Assembly (NCBI GenBank): GCA_038087875.1
Contig: CM076000.1
Coordinates: forward strand, 1,674,001 to 1,738,000
Reading direction: 5' to 3'
Length of the DNA stretch: 64,000 nt
Origin: Malacoraja senta
Lineage: Eukaryota
The notes under the pieces were generated by a model. It searched no databases, was not told the origin of the DNA, and saw only the letters and a list, made by a program, of their open reading frames with translations. The translations under genes and the position numbers were made by a program. Positions 21,213-34,789 of the stretch are shown piece after piece (within the stretch, counting starts at the first letter, position 1; each line of letters starts with the position of its first letter).

Positions 21213-23714
21213 TTTTAATTTTTAAACAAGGACTCAATTTAAAACATTGTTGCCAATGCAATGTCCAGGTGTAGTATTTCAGTCAAATATTGAATGATAT
21301 TTGCTATAATAAATTATCACATGGATTATATCAGGTCAAATTATTTGCTCGTATTCAACCATCGAAGCACAAACTGCAAAATGATTCTAAACTATGCCAA
21401 CAGACTGTTAACGTCCACAGTGGTTATCAGATCCACTAAACATTTAATGAGTAGAAGTAAAGAAAAACTCAACCTGTAGCCACAAAAGTAAATTGATTAA
21501 AAGTCATTAAATTGTCCTTTTAACTTTCCGTATCTCTCGCCACAAGAGATTAATGTGAAAAATATTTGTGAAAAAGGTCAGCCAGTAAAAAAATAATTTA
21601 CAATTTGTTATGTATAAGCAAGTAGCATTTGTATTTTATGTGAAACATTCCACATAGTTTTGAATGTTGCACAGCAGTACTCACAATCTTCCTGAATGTT
21701 CTTACATATAGGCAAGAACATTCAGGAAGATTGTGGAAGATTCAGGAAGATTGTGAGTCCCTCAAAAAGTTATAAAAACACAAACCCAATAAAAAATATA
21801 TACATAAATGCAACATTATTTATTTTTAAACATTTTCAAACTCCAGATTACATTTAAAGTGACAGCCTGGATCTTGCTGGTAAATATCAGCGGTTTTGTG
21901 CAAGTGTTGCCAAACGCTGAAGTTTTGAACCATAAAACAGTGAAATCACAAATCTGTCAGTTCCCTAGACTGCTCAAGTCCATCTTGCATTTATGTTGGC
22001 AAAATGGTCTCTCTGATCTGACCCAGATTAGATTTCACTGGGTTTCTGAGTATTATGTCAAGCGAAAGGTAAGTTGAATTATTTATGACCTTTAGGTATT
22101 TTTTTGTTGATTAAAAAAAGTAATTTTTTAATATGTTTTAATCATTTAATTAATGAATCAATACACTTTTCATACAGTTTGATGAAGTTTGATGATTAAA
22201 TTAATCATTTAATTCAGAGACATTTAAGAACCATTAAAAGACAAAGGTGTTTTTGGGTGTGGGTCTCTCTGGTACAATGTCTTGTTCTACCCAGGCCATT
22301 CCACAGGAGTCAAGGTCACTTCAGGCCAACAAGCGAGGCGCTCTGCACTTGCACTTGACATACAAGGACAAGTTGAGACCAGAGGTGTTGAATCTGGGAG
22401 CCAAGAGCTGACTTGTTGTGAATGTACACCTTTGCTGCCCAAAAGTTTCACTTCCTACTGCCATGATTTCTGGTCTTTTTATTCTGTTCACATCTAATAT
22501 ATTTTAGAATCCTGACAATGGCAGTTCCCCATGTAAAAAATCCCAGTGACCCCATAAATACAGTGGTGACATAGGTCCTACAAATCTGCTCCTCATCTCT
22601 GGAAATACTATAGAAGATCTATTATTATTTAGAAAATGTATGATTCTATGCTAATATTAGCGCAGAATCAGACACATCAGATAGACAACAAGGCTCCTGA
22701 AATGCTCCATGCGACATGAAAATGTATTCAGAAAGATGCATGCATGCACGTGCGTGTGTGTGTTCATGTTCTTGATTCAGACTTCTCTGGTCACAGACCA
22801 GTGATCATCAACATGATCTGCATCCATATTAGGTGCCCAATATTATCAATGCCTGTGAGGTAAAACAGTAAAATAATCTGGCTGCAGTGATCTATTAATC
22901 TGTTGGGAATGGGAACAAATTTGGAGCTTTGTTGTATCAGGTTTTCATGGTAACAGGGAAGTGTTTGTGATTTTGCCTGGCTGTCAATTTCAGTGATTCT
23001 TTGAAATGTTGCCTAATTCATTACAAAACATTCCTGTGCAATTATGAATGACATCTGTGTTTACCACATAACGCGATGCAAATGTGTCCAGTTAGATTGA
23101 AAACACTATCTCCACTGTTTATTCTTTGCCTGCATAGCATGTCTAGTCTTATAAACCACGACAGAGGATTTTGAGGCCCCTTACCAAGCTAGTGCTTTCC
23201 ACTTATAATTCTTAAATCAAATAGCAACTGACGGATCACCCAGCAATATTTCGTTAGAACAAATGTTGGATCCATTGCTAGATTTATATTTTGACCATTT
23301 AAAAAATACAGATGGTAGTCATAGATCAAAGTATTTTTAAATATATCTTGGATGCAAATATTGATATCATTCCTAAATATGTGAAAATATATTTTAATTA
23401 TGAAAAGCAGAATCAAATCATTCTGGCAGATCACAAAAAAAATATTTTCAGAAACATTACGTGTAATTTAAAATAATAAGCTTTAAACTTGGAAAAGCAT
23501 GGAAATATTGAAGATCACAGTTGCTTAATTGACTGATTATTTGCAACAGGCTAGGTCATCTTGTAAATCTCCAAAAGGCATCACACCTACTTGTGCTTCC
23601 TCACACCAGAAGCTCTGATCTGAGAATGGCTAAAAAAACAATAACAAATTAATCCTAGGAAAGTTTGGGTAGATCAGGCCTAGAATATTAATTCTCTGCT
23701 GCAATTAACATATT

Positions 23715-23948
23715 CTCTGCTGCAACCACCCTATCAATAACTAGACAGAGGTCCTGAGCTACCATCTACCTCATCGGAGACCCTCGGATTATCTTCAATC
23801 GGACTTTATCTTGCACTAAACTTTATTCCCATTATCATGTATCTCTCGATTGTGATCATGTACAGTATTTCCGCTGACTGGTTAACATGCAGCAAAAAGC
23901 TTTTCACTGAACGTCGGTGCATGTGACCAAAAACTAAATTAAACTAAC
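23715..23948 (+). mobile_element. LINE (Rex1-like) 3' UTR fragment
   Basis: CTAGACAGAGGTCCTGAGCTACCATCTACCTCA...AAAAAGCTTTTCACTG...AAACTAAA tail. Reverse copies at ~19905, ~25140, ~32930 and ~41330. Confidence 0.7.
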
Positions 23949-23991
23949 GTAATTTATTGCTAGTGACCAAAGCACTCACTGCCTAGCCACA

Positions 23992-24729
23992 TCTATATAC
24001 TATTAGGTCTCATCTTGTATGTATGTATATGTGCGTGTGTGTGTGTGTCTGTATGTGTTTTTCTACCTTCGTCAAAACGCTACGCGGTAACGCTTACATT
24101 TTTACATATTCGGACTCACATTTCCCCCCTCCGTGCAGTAATCAGGTTCACTTAAGATTTGATCCTATATTTCACAAGTTATTGACAATTCAAGTTTAAA
24201 AAAAAGGCAAAAAACAGTTCTCATACACAGCCTTTTTCCAGGACTTTACACTGATGATGTCACAATGCCACTCACAGTGCACCAATCACAATGGGCTTTC
24301 AAGCTGCCGAGTGCCACAATGACATCACAATGGGAGTTGCCAACGGTAACCGCAGCTTCTCACAGACAGCCTTTTTTCCAGGAGCTTCCAGTGATGATAA
24401 TCACAATGGGCTCTCAAGCTGCCGAGTGCCACACTTCCCGCCCCCCCCCGCCCCCTCCCCCCCATGGTTATTCACACCCCCTGGGTTATTCACCCCCCCG
24501 CCCCCTCCCTCCTGGGTTATTCATGATTAAAGATTCAAAAAAAGCAAAGACCACCTTTTAAAACACCAGCTGCCAGGGACATCACAAGCACCCCCCCCCT
24601 CCAAACGGTACAGTGAAACAGAATATTTCACCATCTTCCAATGACGTCAAGCGGACGGCCTCATATCAAAAACACCTTCAATAGCTCCCCAACACACACT
24701 GTTGGGGGAGCAGTCTGCACTTAGTCTAG
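23992..24729 (+). mobile_element. non-autonomous Helitron (copy A)
   Basis: A|TCTATATACTA 5' end and CACTTAGTCTAG|T 3' end, with no TSD. Shares the subterminal TCATCTTG and AAAACGCTAC motifs with 45105-46270. The 3' hairpin is degraded. Confidence 0.8.
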
Positions 24730-26566
24730 TAAATAATAAAAATAAAAGAAACCATGAAATTGTCCTGTTTTATCCAAATTTACACACAGAATATAACATA
24801 CAATGCTAAAAAGCCAATATATGACATAAATAATTGTTACTAAGGGACAGTTTGGTCTTCCGTAGGGGCCATAGATTCTACTCGTAAACGGTGAGAATCT
24901 ACCTGCAAAGGGATAATAGCTAATTTCTTGAAATGGAGAGTGGAACAATAGAACAAATCTTTCTAAGACTGGAAAGAAATAATTCACTTAGTTTTTCATG
25001 GATCACAGAAAACTATGCTGTTACAGCAACATTGTTATTGTCCATGACAATAATGCCTGTCACAGATTGGTTAAATGTTTTTGTTTCAGAAATAGGATCA
25101 TATACCAGAACCTCACAAAGACATACTCAATTCCTTCAGTTTAGTTTAGTTTAATATTGTTTGTTGTCACGTGTACCAAGGTACAGTGAAAAGCTTTTGT
25201 TGCATGCTAACTAGTCAGTGGAAAGACAATACATGATTACAATCGAGCCATCCAGTGTTCAGACACATGATGAAGGGAATAATGTGAATAATGTTTCGTG
25301 CAAGATAAAGTCCTAAAAAGTCCCATCAAAGATAGTCTGAGGGTTAAAATAATAGGTGACTCTATCTACCTACTCAACATGTCCCATTGAAAATTTAAAA
25401 GCGCATCTCAAGGGTTAGATTGTCTTTAAAAAAGCTTGGTTTGAGAACATGATTAAATAAAATTCAAATTATGCATTTGGAATTGAAACTCCAGCAAGTG
25501 AGTGCTTTTCCACGAACACATTGACTCCATCAATAAATTTCAGGACTGGCCAAGCTAGATCAGAGCTCTCCCTGGCAATTTCTTTAACATCTTTATTATT
25601 CAAATTCCTGGACCATTATCAAAAGACAATTTATGATTTTACTTTATGTGTTTATGTTATGACTGTAACACTCTGTTATAGCGATTTTAAATAAAGATCA
25701 AACCAAGTCAGTAATAAACTGCAGTGAATGTCAAATAACTTCAAACCACCCAGAATTTAATGCTGGATGAGCAGACTTTCAGTAAAATGAATGTGTGATT
25801 AACCCATGCCTATTAGAAGGAGTTGATGTTGCCTCGCCATTATTTTGGATTTAGTGACCACACAATGATAACTGCACAGTTTATTTCTCTTGTGTATGAC
25901 CGCAATGTCCAATTTTTTGTCTGCTGTCCAACACAGCCAGCTAGTCGATCAAACCAGCCCACTCTTCTTAAAGTGGAGCTTCAGTGTGGACTTTGGAATA
26001 AGATGGAGACCAATACACAGGTTTTGGAAGTCCTTGGATGAACTTGATGAGAGTAGTGTGGAAGGCCCAAAAGCCGTTGAAGGTGTACAATTCATCAACA
26101 CATTAAAACAAGCTGCCAGTTAGTATCTGTTGTTTAACATATTCATTTTCCCTATCTTTGAATTCCGCTCCATGCTGTTTCAGAAGACGATAGCTAGTAT
26201 CGACCATTTAACATACTCACTATTATTTCCATTATACCTCCAATACACAGACTTGCCATTTGTTGTCACTACTTTTGAACTCCACTGCATGCAAAGTTTA
26301 GAGGACGCCAGCTCGTATCAATTGTCAATATATTCATTGTCTTTACCTTGACACATGTGGCACTCAGAAGCCACCAGCTGGTAGGAGAGGTCTTTAGGAG
26401 AGTTCCCCTTCCCCTACCCCCACTCACCATCAACAACACCACAGTCACATCTGTGGAGTCTTTTAAGTTCCTTGAAACCATCATCTCCAAGGACCTTAAA
26501 TTGACATTGGAAGCAAACAATAGTCCAGGTCAATATGTAGAATCACGTCCCACGGAAACAGATCAT

Positions 26567-26757
26567 TAGTTTAGTTGAGAGATACAGTGGTAACTGGCCC
26601 TTCGGCCCACTGAGTCCGCGCCATCCAGGGATCCCCATACACTAGCACTATCCTATACGCTAGGGATAATTTACAATATTTACCGAAGCCAATTGACATA
26701 CAAACCTGTACGACTTTGGAGGAAATTAGAGCACCCGGAGAAAACCCACGCGGTCAA
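26567..26757 (-). mobile_element. SINE, 3' part (5' part at ~29706-29825), split by a CR1 insertion
   Basis: SINE sequence stops at AAAACCCACGCGGTCA and resumes at CCATGGTCACACGGAGAACGTAC. Confidence 0.8.
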
Positions 26758-29705
26758 TAGACAATAGGTGCAGGAGTAGGCCATTTGGCCCTTCGAGACT
26801 GCACCGCCATTCGCTGTGATCATGGCTGATCATCCACAATCAGTATCCCGTTCCTGCCTTCCCCCCATATCTCTTGACTCCGCTATCTTTAAAAGCTCTA
26901 TCTAACTTTCTCTTGAAAGCATCCAGAGATTCGGCCTCCACTGCCTTCTGAGGCAGAGAATTCCACAGATTCACAACTCTCTGGGTGAAAAAAGTTCTTC
27001 CTCATCTCCATTCTAAATGGCCTACCCCTTATTATTAAACTGTGGCCCCTGGTTCTGCATTCCCCCAACATTGGGAACATGTTTCCTGCCTCTAGCATGT
27101 CCAAACCCTTAATAATCTTATATGTTTCAATAAGATTCCCTCTCATCCTTCTAAATTCCAGTGTATTTACAGTCGCTCCATTCTTTCAACATATGACAGT
27201 CCAGCCATCCTGGGAATTTACCTGGTGAACCTACGCTGCACTCCCTCCATAGCAAGAATGTCCTTCCTCAAATAACTGCACACAATACTCCAGGTGTGGT
27301 CTCACTAGGGCCCTGTACAACTGCAGATGGACGTCTCTGCTCCTACACTCAACTCCTCTTGTTATGAAGGCCAACATGCCATTAGCTTTCATCACTGCCC
27401 TGCTGTACCTGCATGCTTACTTTCAGTGACTGATGTACAAGGACACCCAGATCTCGTTGTACTTCGCCTTTTCCTAACTTGACACCATTCGGATAATAAT
27501 CTGCCTTCCTGTTCTTGCCACCAAAGTGGATAACCTCACATTTATCCACATTAAAACTGCATCTGCCACGCATCTGCCCACTCACCCAACCTGTCCAAGT
27601 CATCCTGCATCCTCATAGCATCCTCCTCACAGTTCACACTGTCACCCAGCTTTGTGTCATCTGCAAATTTGCTAATGTTACTTTTAATCCCTTCATCTAA
27701 ATCATGAATGTATATTGTAAATAGCTGCGGTCCCCGCACCGAGCCTTGCGGTACCCCACTAGTCACTGGCCTACCATTCTGAGAGGGACCCGTTAATCTC
27801 TACTCTTTGTTTCCTGTCTGCCAAACAATTTTCTATCCATGTCAGTACCCTACCCCCAATTTCATGTGTTCAAATTTTGCCCACTAATCTGCCATGTGGG
27901 ACCTTATCAGAGGCTTAAAGTCCAGGCACACTACATCCACTGGCTCTCCCTTGTCCATCTTCCTAGTTACATCCTCAAAAATTCCAGAAGTTTAGTCAAG
28001 CATGATTTCCCCTTCGTAAATCCATACTGACTCGGACCTATCCTGTTACTGCTATCCAAATGTGCCGCTATTTCATCTTTTATAATTGACTCCAGCATCT
28101 TCCCCACCATCGATGTCAGGCTAACTGGTCTATAATTCTGTTTTCTCTGTTGTGGGACGTATCACTGATGGGATGAGTCAGAGTATAGAAGAGAGATCGA
28201 GCAACTGTCCATATGGTGCCAGCACAACAACCTGGCCCTCAACACCAGCAAAACCAAGGAACTGATTGTGAACTTTGGAAGGAGTAGGATGGGGACCCAC
28301 AGTCCCGTTTATATCAACGGGTCGATGTTTGAAAGGGTCAAGAGCGTCAAATTCCTGGGCGTGCACATCTCTGAAGATCTTTCCTGGTCCGAGAACAATG
28401 ATGCCATTATTAAGAAAGCACATCAGCGCCTCTACTTCCTGAGAAGATTACGGAGAGTCGGTTTGTCAAGGAGGACTCTCTCTAACTTCTACAGGTGCAC
28501 AGTAGAGAGCATGCTGACCGGTTGCATCGTGGCTTGGTTCGGCAACTTGAGTGCCCTGGAGAGGAAAAGACTACAAAAAGTAGTTAACACTGCCCAGTCC
28601 ATCATCGGCTCTGACCTCCCTTCCATCGAGGGGATCTACCACAGTCGCTGCCTCAAAAAGGCTGGCAGCATCATCAAGACCCACACCATCCTGGCCACAC
28701 ACTCATCTCCCTACTACCTTCAGGTAGAAGGTACAGGAGCCTGAGACTGCAACGACCAGGTTCAGGAACAGCTACTTCCCCACAGCCATCAGGCTATTAA
28801 ACCTGGCTCGGACATAACACTGAACTTTACTAGCCAATACTATTATTTGCACTTTATCAGTATATTGACCATTGTGTATATATTTATAGAATGCCTTGTA
28901 GTAAATGCCTACTATGTTCTGTTGTGCTCAAGCAAAGCAAGAATTTCATTGTCCTACCAGGGACACATGACAATAAACTCACTTGACACTTGACTTGACT
29001 TTCTCCCTCCCTCCTTTCTTAAAAAGTGGGATAACATTAGCTCCCCTCCAATCCACAGGAACTGATCCTGAATCTATAGAACATTGGAAAATGATCACCA
29101 ATGCGCCGACAATTTCTAGAGCCACTTCCTTAAGTACCCTGGGATGCAGACCATCAGGCCATGGTGATTTATCAGCCTCCAGTCTCATCAGTCTATCCAA
29201 CACCGTTTCCCTGCCTAATGTGGATTTCCTTCAGTTCCTCCGTCACCCCAGATCCTCTGGCCACTAGTAAATCAGGAAGATTGTTTGTGTCCTCCTTGGT
29301 GAAGACGGATCCAAAGTACCCATTCAATTCATCTGCCATTTCCTTGTTCCCCATAATAAATTCACCCTTTTCAGTCTTCAAGGGTCCAACTTTGGTCTTA
29401 ACTAATTTTTTCCTCTTCACATACCTAAAGAAGCTTTTACTATCCTCCTTTATATTCTTGGCTAGCTTACCTTCGTATGTCATCTTTTCTCCCCGTATTG
29501 CTTTTTTAGTTATCTTCGGTTGCTCTTTAAATGTTACCCAATCCTCTGGCTTCCCCCTCATCTTCGCTATGTTATACTTCTCATTTATTTTTATACTGTC
29601 CTTGACTTCCCTTGTCAGCCACGGTCGCCTCTTACTACCCTTAGAATCTTTCTTTCTCTTTGGAATGAACTGATCCTCCACCTTCTGTATTATTCCAAAA
29701 ATACC
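26758..29705 (-). mobile_element. 5'-truncated CR1 LINE ORF2 (reverse transcriptase), frameshifted
   Basis: Fragments IKEDSKSFFRYVKRKK, KSPWPDGLHPRVLKE, SGVPQGSVRGPQLFTIYIHDLDEGIKSNISKFADDTKLG and RTRGHSL. Confidence 0.95.
28149..28998 (+). mobile_element. Rex1/Babar LINE 3' fragment nested in the CR1
   Basis: ORF 28268-28744 VKFLGVHISEDLSW...KKAHQRLYFLRRL...FYRCTVESMLTGCIVAWFGN, ending in a (CTTGA)n tail. Confidence 0.9.
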
Positions 29706-30889
29706 TGCCATGGTCACACGGAGAACGTACAACGTGCTCCCTACAGACAGCACCCATAGTCAGGATCGAACCTGGGTCTCTGGCGCTGTAAGACAGCAAC
29801 TCTACCGCTGCACCACTGTGCCGCCCAAATTTGTCCTGAAGTTCTATGATCTTGCACAAATTTCTGCTCAAGGAAGAAACTCTCCTGCCAAGATTCTGTC
29901 CATCGATCAGGACTCTGACTTAACATTTATTCGCCCCATCATATCACCACATTTTCTGCTATAAAATTATACATTACATATACCAAGGTGCTGGAGTAAT
30001 TCAGTGGTTCAGGAGATCATGGATAGGTGACGTTTCCGGGTCAGGACCTATTTCATATACCGTCAGCTGTTCATCCATGACTGATGTATCACCTGAGCAC
30101 ATTGTGCAAAGCTCAATAACATACAGTACGTTCTTTAATCTAGTCCAACACTAGAGGGCATAACTATAAGATGAGTGGGGGCGTGCTTAATGAAGATGTG
30201 CGGGGCAAGTTTTTTACATAGAGTGATGGGGGCCTGGAACGCATTACCAGGAGTGGTGGTGGAGGCAGATACAATAATGGGTGTTTAAGAGGCTTTTGAA
30301 TAAGCACACGGAAGTGCAGGGAATGGACTTCCATGGTTTGGATAATAAAATGCCCGACACACTTGCAAGACTGCTGGAAAGCAGCATAAATGGGGACACC
30401 TGCTCTCTTTTTGCATGGGGTTTGGGCAGAGCAATGAGCCTGTCTTCTCCTGCAAAGAAGTAGTGCACAACCCTATTTTAAGACCTGCAGACCTATCTAC
30501 CGTGTAACATCTCTACTTCCATTGCAGCACGTAAATGGTCGTTGAACACGTAAATGCTCCAGTAGAACAGAAGACATCTACCTGGGACTAATGCGTATTA
30601 CTGCAGCATTCATGCTGCTGATCCCAATATACAGTACAAAGGGCCCCCACATGGTGTCTCACTACTCTGGTAATTTATGATTACTGAGATGTCACCTTGG
30701 AGACATGTCCTTATCACCACAAGGTTTGGATAGGCTATCTTCTCCAAGATTCTGCAATCTCTAAAGATGCTCAAGATGGTCTCAAGCTTTTTTTCCCCAC
30801 AGAAAGCAGCTTGCCACCACCCATACTGTAACCAATGGGTTAGCAACTTGCTAAGGGAACCATAAGGCTGATCAGTTAACATTTTAGTT

Positions 30890-32010
30890 TTAAGGTCCTT
30901 CGGCTCACTCATTCTACACCAGGCAGCGATCCCTGTACGCTGCACTAGCCTGCACACGAGGGATAATTTACAATTTATTTTACCGAAGCCAAATTAACCT
31001 ACAAACCTGTAAGTCTTTGGAGTTTGGGAAGAAACCGGAGCACCCTGGGAAACCCATGTGGTCACAGGGGGAACGTACAAACTCTGTACAGACAGCACCC
31101 ATAGTCAGGATTGAACCCAGGTCTCTGGCGCCGTGAGACAGCAACTCTACTGCTGCGTCACTGTGCTGCCGTATTTATATGGCCTTGAAAAGGTTGGTGT
31201 ATATTCAATGGTTTGAAATGCTTAATGTAGAAACAAGGAACTGCAGATGCTGGTTTACACAGCAGGATACAAAGTGCTGGGAGAACTCAGCGGGTCAGGC
31301 AGCATCTCTGGAGAACATGGATAGGTGATGTTTTGGGTTGGGATGCTTATTTGGTCTTGGGTTTTATTGCTGATGTGTCAAATTTGGGTGCATCTAGTGG
31401 AGCTGCTGCCTCACAGCTCAATGCTGACCTCGGGTGCTGTCTGTATGGAGTCTGTATGTTCTCCCCGTAAAACGGTGCTCCGTTTTCCTCCCACAACCCA
31501 AAGACGTGCATGTCGGTAGGTTAATTGGCTTCTGTAAATTCTGCCTAATGTATAGGCCAGTGGTTGCACCAGGGGAGAATTGATAATAATGTGGGACCAA
31601 GATAGGATTAGTGTATAAGATTGTTTTGTTGTGGACTTAGTGGGCCGAAGGGCTTGTTACAATTGTGTCTCTCTCTATCACTCCCTGAGTGATAGAGAGA
31701 CACTGAGATGAAAAGAAGCAAAGGAAACACAAGATGGCAAACTCCAAGGGAACAGGAATTGTGTTGACTAAAAGTACATGTACATTTTACTACTTTTTCT
31801 GTCATATTCAATAGTCCAGCTCAACTTTCCTCTATTTTCAATATTCTGTTTTCCTCATCATTTATGACCTAAAATACATTTTGTTTCTTTTTGCCCATGC
31901 GGTCACATGAAGAACGTACAAACTCCGTACAGACAGCACTCGTAGTCAGGATCAAACCTGGGTCTTTAGGGTTGTAAGGCAGCAATGCTACTGCTATGCC
32001 TCCGTGCCGC
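30890..32010. mobile_element. cluster of three SINE copies (-, +, -) and a Penelope pLTR remnant
   Basis: SINE cores at ~30890-31170, ~31385-31670 and ~31895-32010. GGAACTGCAGATGCTGG...CTCAGCGGGTCAGGCAGCATCTCTGG at ~31228-31345. Confidence 0.75.
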
Positions 32011-34789
32011 AGTTTGTTTTGGTGTTTTCCTGAGAACACAAATTTCCCTTGCTTTCTCCTTAAATTGGTTAAATAACTGTGGCTGGGAAATTGGTATTGG
32101 TCTTTGAAGGTACAGTCCTGAACTGCCTACATAAGTAGTGTAAACTTATTCTAGGCATGACTGCCTATGACTTTGTGCTTTCTGCAACTGATTCAATGCC
32201 TACCTACGGCAAAAAGAGCAAAACTGGGATACGAGATTTGAGAATGTTCAATTAGAAAATTCATTTTATGTACAGCATTCACAATTCAACTCACTTTTCA
32301 ACATTACTCTCTTTGTCTATAAAGAAGAATGACAAGTAGCACCAACTTGTTTGTGAAACTTCTTTTTATCTAAATCTACCTAAGTTGTCCCTAAAGATTC
32401 ATTTAAAAGTCGACCTCTGTCACCTTGTTTTACCATTGCATTATTACCTCTTTGATGTTGTTTCATTTCTCCATTATCAACTGTCAGACAATAACTGATT
32501 AGCTGACTTCAATTTTGTACCATTTAACATTGAGTTTTATACGGTCCCTTTAGTATGAATTACAAATTCCAGGGTAATACCACATTAGTTATGAATTCAC
32601 ACCGGGATGCAAAGGCTTTCTGATGTGGACATCTGCAATTCTCATCTCAGTGCTAAATCTTTCAACAATTATGTTGTCCAATTGCCATTGTGATTCTTTA
32701 AAGGTCGAAGGGATAGCATCAGAATATGAGTTACAGTTGTAATGCTGTCCTTTAGATGAATATGAAGTAATTGAACATATATTTGCCCAAAGACAATTCG
32801 ATAACTGCATACACACAAAACTAATATTTTCTTTGATTCATTAATTCCTTTACCTTCAACATTTACAATTCCCATGTTGCTCGAATGCAATGCTCTGAGG
32901 TTTTGTATTATGATTATTGTGAAATGCAAGTTTAATTCAGTTTAATTTATTGTCACGTGTGCCGAGGTACAGTAAAAAGCTTTTGTTGCGTGCTAACCAG
33001 TCAGCAGAAAGACAATACATGATTACAATCGAGCCAATCACAGTGTACAGATACATGATAAAGGGAATAATGTGAATAACTTTTAGTGCAAGATAAAGAT
33101 ATAGCCGAAAGATAAAATTTTAGAACATGTTAAGACTGCGTAGGCAGAAAATACCATGACAGTTGAATTGAGGGCTGGGAGAATATAATCTATAAAGACC
33201 CAAGGAACTGCAGATGCTGGAATCTTGAGCAAAACGCACAAGTGATGGATGAACTCAGCGGGTCAGGCACCAGCTTTGGAGGAAATGGATAGACGACATT
33301 TCATGTTGGGACCCTTCTTCAAAATATAATCCATTACAGGAAAGCAGTGTTTTCAGCAAAATTCACCAGCAAGACATTTGACAAAATGGTACGAAGACAT
33401 GGTCATTGTGATTTCATCAATCTAAGGGGAACATGATTGTTTTCAGCACAATTGAGCAAAACATTTACTATTAAGCAGTGATAGAAATATAACATTATGT
33501 AGGAGGGAATAAAAGCAATCGAAGATATTCAAGAGGTATTCACACAGGCTGGAACCGAACCACCAGCCTCTTGATCATACGGGAAAGAGCAATTGAGCTG
33601 AAGATCTTTACTGGGGCAGTAAGTCTTTACCCAGTGTCAAAACAAATAATATAACTTAAAATCTGTTTAGTGTTGGAAACCACTACTTTAATACCAGTGT
33701 GTATTAACTTTCTGTGGGCAAATAAAACTAATTATTCTACAAATATAATGTCTGGGATCTTCTCTTAAAATCAACAGAACTATTCCTTTATTGATGGTAA
33801 AATCAAACTAACAAAGTTACTAAATATACTTGGACATTGCTGTAAAAAGTAAAGACTTTCAAATGTATTATACATCAGGATCAGAGAAAATGTATATCAC
33901 AAGAGGTCATTGTGCACATTGTAGTGGCCATTTGGCTTTATTTTGTGTGTCATTAATTATGGCATTTGCCTTTAAATCTTGCCAGCCTGTAATTATGTGG
34001 GTGGGATTTATTACGTACTCGGAGGCATGTTTGCTGCTGTTTTTTTTGCGCAGAAGCTGTTAGCAGTTTAGTTTTCGTTTTGGAGCTCAACATGGTAGGA
34101 AGAAATATTCTTCGACCATGTGGAGCTATGCTGAGACATGAGGAGTTTTCTAACGTTTAAAAGCGATATGCTGGAGTTTGACGAAGATTAAAGTGTACGA
34201 GTCTAAGAAGAAGGTTGGATGAATATCTTATTGTTTTTCTTCAACAATAAAGAAACTATTAATCAAAAGATTGTGTTCTGAAGATTTATCTTTTGAGAAG
34301 CTCTGAAAGTCCAGTGGAGAGCTCACATGCGTAAAACGACATTCTCCTAATACCATGCTGTCCCCTAAGTGTCTAGAGAGATAACGGAGCGATCTCTTGA
34401 ACGATATAATAATCTGCCACTATACATGTCCTTGCCTGTTGCAAACCCCTACCTAGCCCGTCGAACCTTCCAGCATGGGTCTGCAGCCATGTAGCTCACT
34501 GCTCTTCAAGTGCAAGTCCAACTATTTTTTCAATATGGGATGAGCATTTCTGCCACTACCATCCTTTCAGGCAGCAAGTTCCAAATGCCTATTGTTCTGA
34601 GGGTGAAGAACTTTTCTGCAACTCCCCTCCAAGTCTCCAACCAAATTGGGACCTCCAACTACTAAGGGAAATTGGTCCATCATGTTTACTCTACCCCTCA
34701 TAATTTCATGCACCTCAATTAAACCTCCCCTTGGCCTTTTTTCCCAGTCTATCCAACCTAAATGGGCTACAAAGCAAAGGCAGACAGTA

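Noticed and set aside
24903..24968. 66-bp minus-strand AG...GT segment of about the size expected for the next upstream MICU2 exon
   Set aside because: The required phase 0 reads TCT TAG (stop), and no frame gives convincing MICU2 similarity.
26221..26284. Minus-strand 64-bp segment with a strong GTGAGT donor
   Set aside because: Wrong phase and no protein similarity.
31820..31868. Minus-strand acceptor followed by VINDEENRILKIEES
   Set aside because: It ends in a stop, has no compatible donor and shows no MICU2 similarity.
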